Below are positions 19,990 through 33,567 of a stretch of DNA of 39,118 nucleotides, piece after piece. Position numbers and translations under genes: made by a program. The notes beneath the pieces were generated by a model. It saw only the letters and a program-made list of their open reading frames with translations, searched no databases and was not told where the DNA came from. The DNA is from Octopus bimaculoides (Eukaryota): contig NC_068985.1 in NCBI RefSeq assembly GCF_001194135.2, positions 65,335,670 to 65,374,787 of the forward strand, given 5' to 3'. Numbering within the stretch: the stretch's first letter is position 1; every line of letters starts with the position of its first letter.

Positions 19990-21945
19990 ACTTATATGTT
20001 GTAGAAGACAATTGCATTTGCATGGATGATGGCTCACTTGCAGTTAGTGATTCTGCAAAGAAAGAGGCTTGGAAGCAACACTTTCAAAGGTTACTTCATG
20101 TGGAGAACATATGGAAGAAAGAGTGTCTGCCTAATGTGGACACCACAGAGGGAACAGCTGTCCAAATAGACAGTAAATTGCTAGATAAAGCCATGAAGGA
20201 TATGAAGACAGGGAAAGTCCATCAGGAATCACTGCTAAGATGCTTAAGATATCTGGTGGAATGGGATATGGTCTAGTCACCTATATAGTTAATCAGCTGC
20301 CCACATGGGAGTTATACCCAATGACTGGTGTAACTACAAAAGTAAAGGAGACGCTGCAGACAGAAATATTACAGAAATATCAAATTGTTGGATCAGGTGA
20401 TGAAAGTTTCAGAGGGTCATAGCTCTATTAATAAGAAAGAGAGTTAGTCTAGATAAGATGCACTTTGGTTTTGTGCCATGGAGAAGCACTACTGATGCTA
20501 TATTCTTGGTAAGACAGCTGCAGCACAAGTACTTAGCCAAAAATAAACTTCTGTACCTGGTTTTTGTTGATATGGAGGAAGCCTTTGACAAGGTCCCCCA
20601 CTCCATTAGCTGGTGGTCAATGCAGAAGCTAGGGATAGATGAGTGGTTGGTAAGAGCCATACAAGCCATGCACAGGGATGATGTCAGGAACAAGTATATC
20701 AATGAATTCAGTGTACAAGTAGAAGTTTGCCAGAGAGTGGTTCTCAGCTTCTTCTTGTTCATCATAGTCCCCCAGGCCGTAACAAGGGAATTTAAAATGG
20801 GCTACCTTTGGGGGCTCCTCTATGCTAATGATCCTGCTCTTATAGCGGAATCACAACCAGAATTAGAGAAGAAATTTCAGGTGTAGAAGCAAGGTCTGGA
20901 ATAAAAGGGCCATAGAGTTAACTTAGCAAAAACCAAAGTCTTAGTAAGTAGGAAGACTGACAAATCGCTAATCCTTTCAGGGAGATGTTCCTGCTCAATA
21001 TGTAGAAAAGGTGGAGGTAGAAACTCCATAAGGTGTACCCAGTGCAAGCTATGAACACATAAGTCATGCAACAGTGTCAGATGAAGGTTAACAAAGAAAG
21101 CAGTCTTTGTATGGGGCAGATGTGTAGGCACAATAAACACTAGGAATGTACAAAGAATAGACTTCATGAAATGCCCAGTGGAATATTTAGAAGGTGTAGA
21201 TAGCTTCCATTAGCTAGGTAACCAAAGATGTACCTACTAAATGGTCTGGGCAAAGTTCAGAGAGTTGCTACCTTTGTTGGTAAAAAAGGGCTTCTCATTC
21301 AGAGTGAAAGGTGGATTGTAGGATGCCTGTGTGTGAACAGCCATGCTACATAGTAGTGAAACATGGGCTGTAGCTGCAGAGAACATGTGAAGGCTAGAAA
21401 GAAATGAAGCTAGTACACTCTACTGGATGTGCACATAACACAGAGTGTAAGTGTCTTAAGAAGAAAATTGGGTATAAGTAGCATCAGACATAGAGTGTAA
21501 GAAAGAAGATTGCACTGGTATGGTCATATGATGCATATGGATGAGGACAGTTGCGTAAAGAAGTGCTGATCTGTAAATGTGGAGGGAGACTCAGGGAGAC
21601 ATGGGATAAGGTGGTAAAATATGATCTTTGGATGTTGAGTCTCATGCAGGTAATGACAAGTGACCAAGATTTTTAAAGATTTGCTGTGCTTCAAAAGTTA
21701 CATCAAGCTAAGTGAAATCATAACCATAACCAGTGTTGGTGACACGTAAAAGGCATTCATGGCAATGACATGTGAAAGTCACTCAGCACACTCTGTGGAG
21801 TGGCTAGCATTAGGAAGGGCATCCAGCCATAGAAACAAATCCAAAACAGACAGGAGCCTAGTGCAGCTCCCCCAGTCTACCAGTTCCAGTCAAACCATCT
21901 AACCCATGCTGGCATGAAAAATGAGCATGGAATGATGACATACAT
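19990..21945 (+). mobile_element. RTE LINE fragment (RT to 3' tail)
   Basis: ORF 20458-20886 (FGFVPWRSTTDAIFLVRQLQ...AFDKVP) and the conserved 3' tail. Confidence 0.88.
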
Positions 21946-22199
21946 ACATACATGCATGGAAGGAAGGAAGTAATGTAAACATTTTATATATTAAAGACTT
22001 TTGTCTCATTCATGGAGACTCCTCAGATATGAGTTTTACAGAACATTTCTTTGCCTTTTATAGAAATCTATAAGAGGATGTTTTGTTTTGTTTAGAAAAG
22101 GAGAAAGAGAAAAGAGGAAAGAAGGGAGGAGAGGAAGAAAGAGAGGAAGACAGAAAGGACAGAAAAAAAAAGAGAAAAGAAAGAGAGAAAGAAAGAAAG

Positions 22200-22275
22200 T
22201 ATTTGGGGCTGGTCTAAAACACTCGAAGGTGGTGCTTCAGCATGGCTGCAGTTAAATGACTGATACAAGTAAAAG
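22200..22275 (+). mobile_element. SINE 3' fragment
   Basis: GGTGCTTCAGCATGGCTGCAGTTAAATGACTGATACAAGTAAAAGA matches the SINE tail. Confidence 0.65.
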
Positions 22276-22394
22276 AATACACTTACACATACATCCAAAG
22301 CTTCTCTCTCTCCCACTATATACATACTAACACGCTTGTAGATATACACATACATACACTCACACATACATAAAGCAATATATGTGTGTGTATA

Positions 22395-23565
22395 TGGATT
22401 CCATATCAGAGCTAGACGAAAAATTCCAGGTGTGGAAGAAAATCTTGGAATCTAAGAGCCTTATGGTTAACTTAGCAAAGACAAAGGTCCTAGTAAGTAA
22501 GAAAACTGACAGGACTCTACCCCACCCTGGTAGGTGGCCCTGTTCAATTTGTAGGAAAGGTGTAGGCAGGAACTCCATACAATGTGCCCAGTGCAAGTTA
22601 TGGACTTACCAGAGATGCAATGGGTCATTTGGAAGATGCACAGGAACCTTAAAAATTTGAGAAATTGATTCTCTCAAATGCCCTGGTGGATCATTAGACG
22701 TAGTAGATAATTTCTGCTACCAAGAGGACCAAATTAATAGTGGGTAAGATGCAGAGTGTGACAGCTAGAATAAGAATAGGATGGAAGAAATTCAGGGAGC
22801 TGCTACCTCTCTTGGCCATGAAAGGTTTCTCTCTCCAAGTGAAACAAAGATTGTACGACGCATGTATACAGACATGGGTCCTGAATGCAGAGGACATGCA
22901 ATGGTTAGAAAGGAATGAGGGTAGTATGCTCCACTGGATGTGTAATGTAAGTGTACATGTTCAACAGAGTGTCAGTGTTCTGAGAGAGAAGTTAGGCATA
23001 AGAGGAATTGGTTTGTACAAGAGAGGAAACTGCACTAGTTTGGGCATGTGATGTGGATGGATGCTGACAGCTCCATGGAGAAGTGCCGATCTCTCAAAGT
23101 GGATGGAACATGTGTAAGTGGGAGACCCAGGAAGACATAGGATGAAGTACTGAAAAACAACCTCAGGAAGCTAGACTTTTCAGATGAGATAACAAAGGAC
23201 TGAGATACCTGGCCATACTCAAGAAGACCCATATCCTACAGCAGAAGTGTTAAGACTGATCCTTCTGGTGATGTAAAGAACTCATGGTGGTGCTATGCAA
23301 AAGTACCTGTGTGGTGCTATGTAAAAGAGCCCATGCAGCAACACATAAAAGTGTCCATGTGGTCACACGTAAAAGCACTTATGTGGTGCCACATAAAAGC
23401 ATCCAGCACACTCTGTAAAGTGGTTGGCATTAGGAAGGGCATCCAGTCGTAGAAACCACACCAAATCAGACTGGAGTCTGGTGCAACCCCGCTAGCTTGC
23501 CAGCTCTGGTCACACCATACAACCCATGCCTGCATGGATAACGGATGTTAAATGGTGATGATGAT
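22395..23565 (+). mobile_element. RTE LINE 3' part with a tandem about 25-bp tail unit and (GAT)n end
   Basis: ORFs 22382-22660 and 22740-23051 (RIRIGWKKFRELLPLL); about five degenerate GTGG..CAC.TAAAAG units at about 23285-23400. Confidence 0.88.
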
Positions 23566-23789
23566 ACACAGACACACACAGGTACATACATACATACATA
23601 CACATCTCTCTATCCACCCATCCACCTACTCACATATATATATTATACATACACACATTGCATATGTACACCCAAACACATATACACACATGTGCACACT
23701 CATACACACACACTCACACATCTGTTTGTATGTATGTATATTTTATACCATCCAGGTGTTTTGAATGTAAGTTGAGGACTGAAAAAGTG

Positions 23790-24640
23790 ATTCTTAAGTA
23801 AGTATAGTCACAATTATAAAATATGAAAGAAATCCAAAAAGTTTAAGTCCAATATAAAATGAAAACACACTTGTCCAACGTTAATTAATTTCATACAAAA
23901 TGATACGCTTGGAGAGGGTCAAACTTGAGTATTGAAGTACTCACATTACCCCTTAAAATTAATACATGAAGGAATTATAAAGGCAATGAAACTGGACATC
24001 ACACAACTGACGACACCAAAGAAAAAAAAAGAAATAACATACTTTTCCATTTATCAACACACTGAAGTAACCAACATTTTTCACACTATAAAAGCAAACT
24101 TACAAATACCCCTACAAAGCCCCAAAATGAAAAATCTGGTTGATGAAAACCTTTTTACGAAACAGTAAATGTAAACCCAAAATATCTTAAAAAACATCTC
24201 ATGAGGGCAAAATTCACATCAATGATTCAGAATTCTTCATGAAGGACAGTGGAGATAACAAATGTGGAACATGTAACAACAACTTCAAATATTTGGACAG
24301 TGATTTCCACATAAAATTTAAAAGTTGATTTTCCTTCAAATAAATGCAGATATGAACTGTAAGACACAGAATCTCATATACTGCATAACCTGCCCCGACT
24401 GCAAGGAAAATTATATTGGCGAAACCAACAATTCCCTTTGCCATCGTGCAAAAATACAGAGACTGCATATCTGACAAAAGGAACAATACAAGATACCACT
24501 GAATAAGCATCTGGAAATATATGGAGACAACAAATTCAAGATCTTTCCCTTCTATAAATGCTTGAGGGGTGACCCAAAGTTCCGAAACGCAATGGAACTG
24601 ATTTTTGTCAAAAAATTCTCAGTGAAATTAAACATATGAA
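23790..24640 (+). mobile_element. Penelope-like retroelement fragment (RT C-terminus and GIY-YIG endonuclease)
   Basis: NLIYCITCPDCKENYIGET at about 24371-24427, an upstream Cys pair (KCGTC), and FKIFPFYK downstream. Confidence 0.85.
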
Positions 24641-24728
24641 AGAAAAGTGAAGACATTTCCCCCTTTTTTTCTCTCTGCTCTTCTGTATATATATTTATCC
24701 TCTTAACTTAGTAGCCAACTTACTGCTC

Positions 24729-25113
24729 TCTTTACTCTTTTACTTGCTTCAGTCATTTGACTGTGGCCATGCTGGAGCACTGACTTTAGAGCAAATCGAC
24801 CCCAGGACTTATTCTTTGTAAGCCTAGTACTTATTCTATCGGTCTTTTTTACCGAACCGCTAAGTTACGGGGACATAAACACACCACCATCGGTTGTCAA
24901 GCGATGCTGGGGGGACAAACACACACACACATACATATATATATACACATATATGACGGGCTTCTTTCAGTTTCCGTCTACCAAATCCACTCACAAGGCT
25001 TTGGTCAGCCTGGGCTATAGTAGAAGACACTTACCCAAGATACCACGCAGTGGGACTGAACCCAGGACCATGTGGTTGGTAAGCAAGTTACTTGCCACAC
25101 AGCCACTCCTGCG
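24729..25113 (-). mobile_element. Octopus-type SINE, near full length
   Basis: Reverse complement of 4865-5273. Confidence 0.9.
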
Positions 25114-26299
25114 CTCTAATCATAAATATATTGAAATGTTTCCATCAATTTCTTTCATATTTTTGAAATGCTTTAACAGACGAAGGTTTACATAATGGAT
25201 GCATTTCCTATTATACCTTACAAAAACCTGAAAGATACGTATTGAATGATTTCAAAATATTACTACTTGGTTTGACTTCATTATTACAACTAATACTACT
25301 CAATACCAGTACAAACTAGCCTGACTAGACTCCACTAATGCAGATATCCTAGCAACGATTTGGAATAGTCTGTTACACTTGACTCAAATCAAAACTTTTG
25401 GTACCATATATGTGTGTTCACATGTGCACTACTGAGCTTTTTACCCAACTTCTTCCCCAAGACCCCTCCCCACTGTCCTCCATTGCAGTTTTTCTTTGAT
25501 ATCACTAATCTTTCTCACTATCCTGAATTATTTCATTTGATATCCATCATCCCTCATCCTTAATACTGTCCTCTTCACCCCCATTTTACATTAACCCCTC
25601 CTCTCCCAAGTCATCTCACCTCTACCACCATACATCTCTAAACATGATTCCAAAACAAATAGAATAAAAGGCATCTGTAACTTTCAAACAATACAGGGAC
25701 AAAATCAAGATAGGTCAGAAACAGCTAGATGCTGTACAACAAATGAGAAGAAACTCCATGTCTTGATCCTCAATTTGCAGAATGTGTAAATCTTCCCTTT
25801 TGTCTCTTCTCTAAGTATACTTGGACACCTAGCTTCCCTCTAGTAATGCTCGCTGATTCTACATTTTTTCCAGTCTTTCCAAGCCTACCTCTTAGGCTTA
25901 AAATCAACTGTGTCATTCTACCATTATGTCACATTCATTCTGGATGAAAGCTTGCATCAACTGGCCTACTGTCCTGAGCAGGTTATTCCATAAGAATTTC
26001 CTGTCATCTGTGCTTTCAGTCTCTATCCACATTTCTCTATCATGCACATCAGCTAGAATTTCTCTAAATCTATGACCTACAACAAGTTCATTTAGCTTCC
26101 ATGGCTTCCTTCTCTACACTCATCTCTGAGTCTGCCTAGCACTCTGAAGCCACTAACCACTAATTTATGCTGGATAATGCATTTTACACAAAGGTCTGCC
26201 TTTCTAATTTCCTGTCTCACCAAAATAGGGACATCATTGTAAATGCTAAATATATAATCTGATTTTATAAAATACTTTTTTCAAATTTACTTAGAATTA

Positions 26300-26970
26300 T
26301 AATTTACATGGCAGATGCACAGGAACAATAAGCACTAAGGACTCACTGGAATTAGATTCTCTAAAATGCCCAGGAGACCCTCTTAAGATTGTAGATAGTT
26401 TCGGTTATCTAGGTAACCAAATTAGCAGTGCTGGACGAGGTTCTGAAAGTATTGTTGCTAAAATAAGAATAGGATGGAGGCGGTTCAGAGACCTATTACC
26501 TTTGTTGACAATAAAAGGACTCTTTCTCAGAGTGAAAAGCAGATTGTATGATGCTTGTGTATGAACAGCATGACACCATGGTAGTGAGATATATGCTCTG
26601 AATGCAGAAGAGAGGTGTAGACAAGAGAGGAATGAAGCCAATACGTTACAACCGATATGCAACATCAGTGTGCATGTACAACAAGTGCAAATGTGCTAAG
26701 AGAAGAGTTGAGCATAAGAGGAGGTTGATGCTGCATGCAAGAGAGAAGGCTACGTTGGTTTGGGTATGTGATGTGTATGAATGAAGACAGTTATATAAAG
26801 AAGTACCGATTACTTATAGTGGATGGTACCCGTGGAAAGAGATCCAGGAAGACATGGGATGAGGTAATGAGGAGCGATCTAAAGATATTAGGCCTCAAAC
26901 AGATGACAATGGACAAAGATGTCTCGCAATATGAGGTTCATGAGAAGGCCAAAATACCTCAGCAAAACTG
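26300..26970 (+). mobile_element. RTE LINE 3' fragment
   Basis: RIGWRRFRDLLPLL and MQERRLRWFGYVM motifs. Confidence 0.8.
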
Positions 26971-27469
26971 AGTTCGGGAAGAGCTGTGTGTTTCACCTAC
27001 ATGTAACAATAATATTTTTCACACACACTACCCCAATAAACCAAATTATATCTTTTCTTTTTCATGCACTTCGTTTATCTCTCTCTTCCCACTCCTGCAG
27101 TCCAGTCCTGTCCTCCCTGCCCACTGTATCATTACTATCTTGTTGTGCCTCCTCAACAGACCTAGGTTTCACCAATCACAACATCCGCCTTCCCCACCTC
27201 TTTGCATTCACATGAACTTCCAGTTTGTGCATCCTTGACAGTGCTCTGTCATCCCATTTATATTCTCATTCCCACACTGACACATCACCACCATCTCTCT
27301 GACTCTCTTTCACTCACTCACTTTCTCTTTCTTTGACTGAGGTAACCACGAATTTCCTCTACAGCAAGACACCTGTTTCTGTCCCTCTGTCATACTCTAA
27401 CCTCTCATCACCTGGCAGAAAGTCACCTCTTCCAATATCCCTCTACCTCTGAAAGGAACTTTGTCTTGC

Positions 27470-27765
27470 AAGTTACTTGGTGACCTTGTCAGTGCTAGTG
27501 CCACATAAAAATTGTCCAGTCCATACTGTAATGTGATTGGCATTTAGCAGTAAAAACAATGCCAAAGCAACGTCACCGGTGCTGGTGTCACATGAAAAGC
27601 ACCCAGTATACTCTGTAAAGTGGCTAGCATTAGGAAGGGCATCTGGTCATAAAAACCATGTCAAAACAGATAGTGGAGCTTGGTGCAGCCTTCTGGCTTA
27701 ACATCTCCTGTCAGCATGGAAGATGGATGTTAAGTGATGATGGTGGTGGTGGTGGTGGTGGTGGT
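27470..27765 (+). mobile_element. RTE-type 3' tail ending in (GAT)/(GGT)n
   Basis: Matches 23380-23565. Confidence 0.7.
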
Positions 27766-28490
27766 GTGGTGTAAAGTGAAGTGACAAGTTTTGAATAATT
27801 ATATCAATAAATCATTACTGCATGTGTGTATTTGTGAATATATTCAATTTTGTGGCTTTGCTCAAAATTAAATTCCAGTATTTCCTGCTATTTTATGTTT
27901 ATGATGCATCTGTTTATATTCATTTAAGTTCAATTCAAAAGTCAATAATATGCACAATTCTTATTACAATTTCATATAACAATTTTGATGTATACATAGC
28001 TGAATATGAGCTAAAGACTCATTTAATATTATGATGCTTAAATAATTTTGTTTTACTGAATTTACTTATAAGTAGATTCACTTTGAATCAAAAATTATGC
28101 AACAAATTTAAGTATAGTTTATTGTGTTCTAAAAGCTACATTTTCATATGTCAATGAATAAAAAAGTTCCAGTTATTTTATGAAATCAGTTACAATTCAA
28201 GATTATTTAAAAATTTAATTGAAACATTTAGGAGTATATTTTAGTTAGAAATATGATAATAAAAGATAAGTATTAAGCATTTTAAACTTGTAATGCTTTC
28301 ATATCATGCAATTGCTACTATTATAACCACCTGATATTGTAATTTCTATTTCTGTCAACATATGGAGTATAGATATCTGGATTTCTATGCATGATATCCA
28401 GAATGATCCCAGAGTTAGTAAAAGTAGTAAATTAGTTATTTCATAATAAATGTGATGTGGTATAATTTGAGGGTAGCTTCCTATACTTAC

Positions 28491-28620
28491 CTTTTTCAAG
28501 CCCTTAATCACACCATCCCCTGGTACAGAATGTGCATTTACTAAGTGAGCCCAACTGGAAATAAGATAAACACCTCCAGTATATTGATGAAACACAGTAG
28601 AACCAATGTCTGAGAATTTT
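28491..28620 (-). CDS. UMPS: UMP synthase exon: (R)[43 protein letters not shown]
   Basis: 130 nt, acceptor ttatttcag, donor gtaagt, phase 2/0. Contains the K-x-x-D-I-G-x-T part of the OMP decarboxylase catalytic motif and joins the 5719 exon without an alignment gap relative to vertebrate KGLQEVGLPLHRGCLL. Confidence 0.95.
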
Positions 28621-30439
28621 CTGAAATAAATTAAAAATACATAGAAAATGGTTTAAAATGAGAAAATAGGGGTTGTACATAAAATATTTGAAAAGTACAA
28701 ATGTTGATTTCTACACACAATTGCTTTTCATATGTAATTTTGAGAAAACATCATGCTGCTATGTGTTGCTAGTTGTTGACAATGCATTCATTTTTTCATC
28801 TTGTTTCTGATACAACCATTTGAATGAATAAATGTAATGTGAATTTAATCCTGATGAACAATAATCAATACTGCATTCCATTTTTTTCAAGTAAAAGAAT
28901 ATTACAGATAGAACTTTAGCAAATTTTCATCTTGAGATGAAATTCCCATTTGAAGTTGAACTTTTACTCAATGTGAATGGTACTCTTACTTCAAAGATTG
29001 AAAAAGCACTACCTTTCTCAGATTACATTGATGCTATGTTTCTTCAGCATGTTTAAATTTTATATTAACTTGATTTGTGATGGTCGTTTAACCATAAACT
29101 GACTCTACATTCAAATATACTACTATCTCCAAGACCAGTCATGTAGCTATTGTATATGACAGTCACGATGTTAAGAATAAGCACTGCTCAAGTTCTTTTG
29201 GATAACAAGCAGGCAGCTTTACAAAGCTTAAAATGTGAACTATTTCAAATGGGTGGGTCCTCCTGCAATGCACTTTTGTTGGATATGTATTTATAAGTTA
29301 AAACAATTTTTTCAGAAAAATAATGTTGTCCTCAACAGATGCCTAACTAAGGTATTTCCAATATAGAAAGTTATTATGTAATTACTTCATTTACTGGCAC
29401 CTATCTTGTTTTCTCATCTGTCACTTATACCCTCATTATGGTCTTAGGATGTGGGGGTGGGGAAAACAGAGCCTAAACAGTGTAAAAGCCACCATCTGTG
29501 CACTAGAAATAATTCATAAATTCAAAATAAAAAAAATAAACAGAAGTTAAAACACTGATTTGGCTGATATTTGTGATATTTCAAAATCAAAGGATGTTAA
29601 AGAATGTTGAAGTCACTTATTTCTTTTTGAAAACTGTAAACCATTTACAGAATTCATTTTATATGTTTATAATGGCTTGCTGTAATTAACTTTTATTAAT
29701 ATTATTTCTCCTTTTAAGGTGGCAAGCTGGAGGAATCATTAGCACATCAGGCAAAACACTTTGCGGTATTTTGTTAAGTCTTTACGTTCTGAGTTCAAAT
29801 GGTGCCAGGGTCAACTTTGCCTTTCATCCTTTCTGGGTCAATAAAATAAGCACCAATTGAGCACTGAAATTGGCCTTGTGCCAAAATTTGAAACCAATAT
29901 TATTTCTTCTTTTGTTAAAGTTTCTAAGTGAGATAAAATAAGCTAGTCTGTAGTCTTTGGTGTCTTTCACAAAGAATTTGAATTCAAATTCCAAACTGGT
30001 TCTGAATCACTCAAGATGAATGTATTCTTTTCCTATAAGATTTTTGCTAAGCAAGTTAAAATGACTTGTCGTGTCTACCATGAAATGCAACTTTACCAGC
30101 CAATTGGAATCTTTCAATTCAGGATAGCTATAAGAATTTGTAAGAATTGTATGTAAGGTGTAAATCTTTTCTGAACATCACCTTTAGAAAGCAGTTGACA
30201 TAATTGCTTAATTATACCCAATAAAACTTTTACAAAAATTGTTAGGCAATAGACAAGACAAATAAACTACAAAGGAAGCTAACAATAAACCTGAGACAAC
30301 AACAGAACTTTAGAAAAGTTAATTTTAAAAAATCCAAAATACCAAATAGAAAAGTGAAAATTAATTATCAAAGTCTGACAAAATCAAACCAAATACAAAA
30401 TTAATCCATACCTGGTTGTTATATTACTAATGGAGGGCT

Positions 30440-31000
30440 AATAAATGACATTTCTATAGACCCAACTAGCACCTGCTGGTTTGAACGATGCTAAAATTGC
30501 CACTGAAAATTATTTCTGTTTGCTCAAAGAATATATAGAATAATTTTGAAAACATAAGATTTCAAAGAGCCATTTGTGGCAGTGTAAAAAGACTGGTTTC
30601 TAGTGCCAGCCCTCATGGAAGATTGCAAAATATAAATAAAAGGAAGACGAAAAGCTTTCCTGGATATATGAGTGTGATGAACAAAAGCTTATGATGTGTA
30701 CTACATCAATAACTTGTTTTACTGAGTATTCAGTATCAATAAAATTTATTGAAAATGTTTATTCATTTAACAAGTACATATGAAAAACTCCTAAAAAACA
30801 AGATAAGACTTTTCATGAACAAATAGTAAAACGATTCTTATGAGAATCTCATAATCCATAAATAGAAGTTTCCATTGATGAAGCTATTATTTGGTTGTAG
30901 GTGCTCTTTTAAAAGTAGGTAACAGATTCTCAAAACCTATGAAGGTTGGGTTCATGCTGATTCACACAATGATTACATAAATAACTTAAAGGAAAAATAA
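30440..31000 (+). mobile_element. Possible very old non-LTR reverse transcriptase remnant
   Basis: Scattered YRP, MEDCK and KAYD motifs in RT order, across frameshifts. Confidence 0.3.
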
Positions 31001-31199
31001 TTGAATTAAACCTTGGAAGTGGAGTTGTAATTGACTTGATGGAACCTTAATGTTTTTTTTTTATTTATGCCATTATATTTTTATAAGTTTTTCTCTTCCA
31101 AGAATTTATTCCTCAAACTTTGACAAATAGCATATGTGGAATAGCAGATGTTAAATGAAAGGGAATGCTTGGAGGTTTCTCAGTTCCAAAGATAATGAC

Positions 31200-33565
31200 A
31201 TCCCTTCAAGTTGGTGTTAATGCAGTTCGTAAACACGGTGAAGTGAGCAGAGATCAAAAGCCAAGTAGCAGAGTTTTCCACATGAGCTGGAAGTTAGAGG
31301 CAATCTAGTGGCAGCTAGAGCATGCCTCACTCAGTGCTCATCAAGCCATTGATGACACCTTAGCTTGATAGTTTCATAAGCTTGATAGCAGATGATTCAC
31401 AGCAAGAATTTCCAGATCCATAGGAGGAATGTTACATTTCCATAGGGTGGCCACCAACTTGAACTTTGTATCTCTTTGTCTGTCTTCCAATTGATTGTTG
31501 GTCTTTAGTCAATTCCTTGTAGAAGACCACATTGACTAGGCAGAAGGGGAGGGGCATCCTGATGAGATGGCCAGCCCAGCAAAGTTGACACTTGACAATA
31601 AGAGATTTGATGCTGAAGAAGTTGCATCATTCGAAGATGGTTCAATGCGGATCCCTGTCTTCCCATGAGATGTCCAGGATGTGTTGGAGAGACCTGATGT
31701 GAAAAGATTTGAGAATCTTTGGGTGCTTGCAGTAAACCACCCATGTTTCCACACCATATAAAAGAATAGATAAAATGAAGGACTGAAACATAGCAAGTTT
31801 TGTAGGAATGGTCAGATTCTTTATGAGAATTCTGGTCCAAAACTAACCAAAAGCTGTAGATGCCTTCTGTATTTGACATTGGACCTCCTCATCATTAGAG
31901 CAATTGTTAGACAGGATGAACCTGAAGTAGGTGAATGGCAACACAATGTTGACAGTGTTGCCACCAATGCAAAGAGAGGAAACCTAAGGTGGTGAGTGGA
32001 GACCATGTTGATGGCATTACTTCTGTTTTCTAGGTGTTAACCTACAGACTGAGTTGTTGAAAAATACTTGCTATCATATTCAGGATATGCTGCATCAATT
32101 CTTGATTGTGAGTTGACAATCTACGGTCATCTGCATACTGGAACTCAAAGATCATGGCAGTCTGAGACTTAGATTCGGATTTGAGTCATCAAAGGCTGAA
32201 AACACTACCGTCCAGATAGTAGGTGACCGTGATTCCATTGTCAGGATCAAGTTCACTCCACATGAAGAGAGTATCAACTGTGATGAAGAGGTTGAAAAGA
32301 ACCAGAACAAGTACACAGCTTTGTTTCACACCAATGCTGACATCAAAAAGGTCTGATTCTTGACTGCCAATGACCACACAAGCATTCATGAAATTCTTGG
32401 ATGAGTTGCAAAAACTTTAGTGGACACCAACACTGCTGCAGAAGACTCCAGAGCTCACAATTTATAAGTGTTGAATGCCTTTGATAGATCAATGAAAATC
32501 AAGCAGAGATCTTAATGCTGTTCTCAACACTTCTCTTTAATTTCACATACAACATCATGCCAGTGGTACTGCAAATCCTGTGGAAACCACACTGTGACTC
32601 TTGGAGAACTCTCAAAATGAGAAAGGAGACTAATCTGGAGAAGAGAATGTCAGAATTTTCCCAGCCACATCTAAAAGGGAAATCCCACAATTATTTCCAC
32701 AGATAGAGGAATCACCCTTTTTCATATAGATGGAGATGTTTCCACTTCTAAGGAAGGAAGCTGGCATCCCAGGCAGCCTTGGATAGTCTGTGATGGCTGC
32801 GCAGTGCGATGCCACCATACTTGTAGATTTCAGGAGCAATTTTGTCTGACCCAGGTGACCTCCTTAAAGGAGAATGGAGCATATAATCTCTAAATGATGG
32901 TGGGGTTGAGAAAATGACTTAGAGCTGCTGGATCAACTTCATGGTACCAGTTGAAAAGATCTTTCAAATGTTGTGCCCTTTGAAAGAGGATCTAATCAGA
33001 ATCCTTCAGAAGTGTTCTCATCAGTACTACAAACAGGTACATTGTACTTGGATGATGGACCATAGAATACTTTGATGGCTCCATAAAAGTAGTGACTGTC
33101 ATTGGAGTCAGAGTAGCAATGAATCTCTATGGCTTTCTTGATCCACTAGCTCTTCTCTATTTGCTGCTCAAGGCATTGGACATCAGAGAGAGGTGAATGC
33201 TACTCATCCCAAAGAAGTGAGGACAAAGGACTTACAAGAAATACATCATACGCTTTCTTCTTTGCTACAAGGAGATCACAGATTTCTGCCTAATTATCAT
33301 CAAACCAGTCATGATGATAGCATTTGGTAAAGCAGAAAGTGTCTGTGGCAGCAGCAAGCAGTAGATCACAAAGAGAGAGCCATGCATCTTTGATGTTCAA
33401 TTCAGAAGGAGCAGAAGGTTTTTAAGTGCATCTCCACCTTGCTTTGCTTGAGACTTGAGATTACAGTTGGGCCTAGGTTTTGGAGGCTTGAGATGAGCTT
33501 GTGAGCATATCTGAAGGTAGAGTCAAAACTGAATGAGACAGTGGTCAGTCCAACATTTGGATTCA
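31200..33565 (-). mobile_element. Degraded RTE/BovB-like LINE (distinct from the other RTE family)
   Basis: Fragments CGNNCGISLLDVAGKI, ESQCGF and FDVSIGVKQSCVL in RT order. Confidence 0.8.
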
Positions 33566-33567
33566 TG

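Noticed and set aside
23285-23400. Short periodic repeats as a CRISPR-like array
   Set aside because: They are degenerate tandem units of the RTE 3' tail with no unique spacers, in a eukaryotic context with no cas genes.
28937-29056. 39-codon plus-strand ORF (MKFPFEVELLLNVNG...) as a nested antisense gene
   Set aside because: Short and unrecognised. A nearby LLVVDNA motif (about 28764-28786) suggests a decayed pogo/Tigger-type remnant instead.
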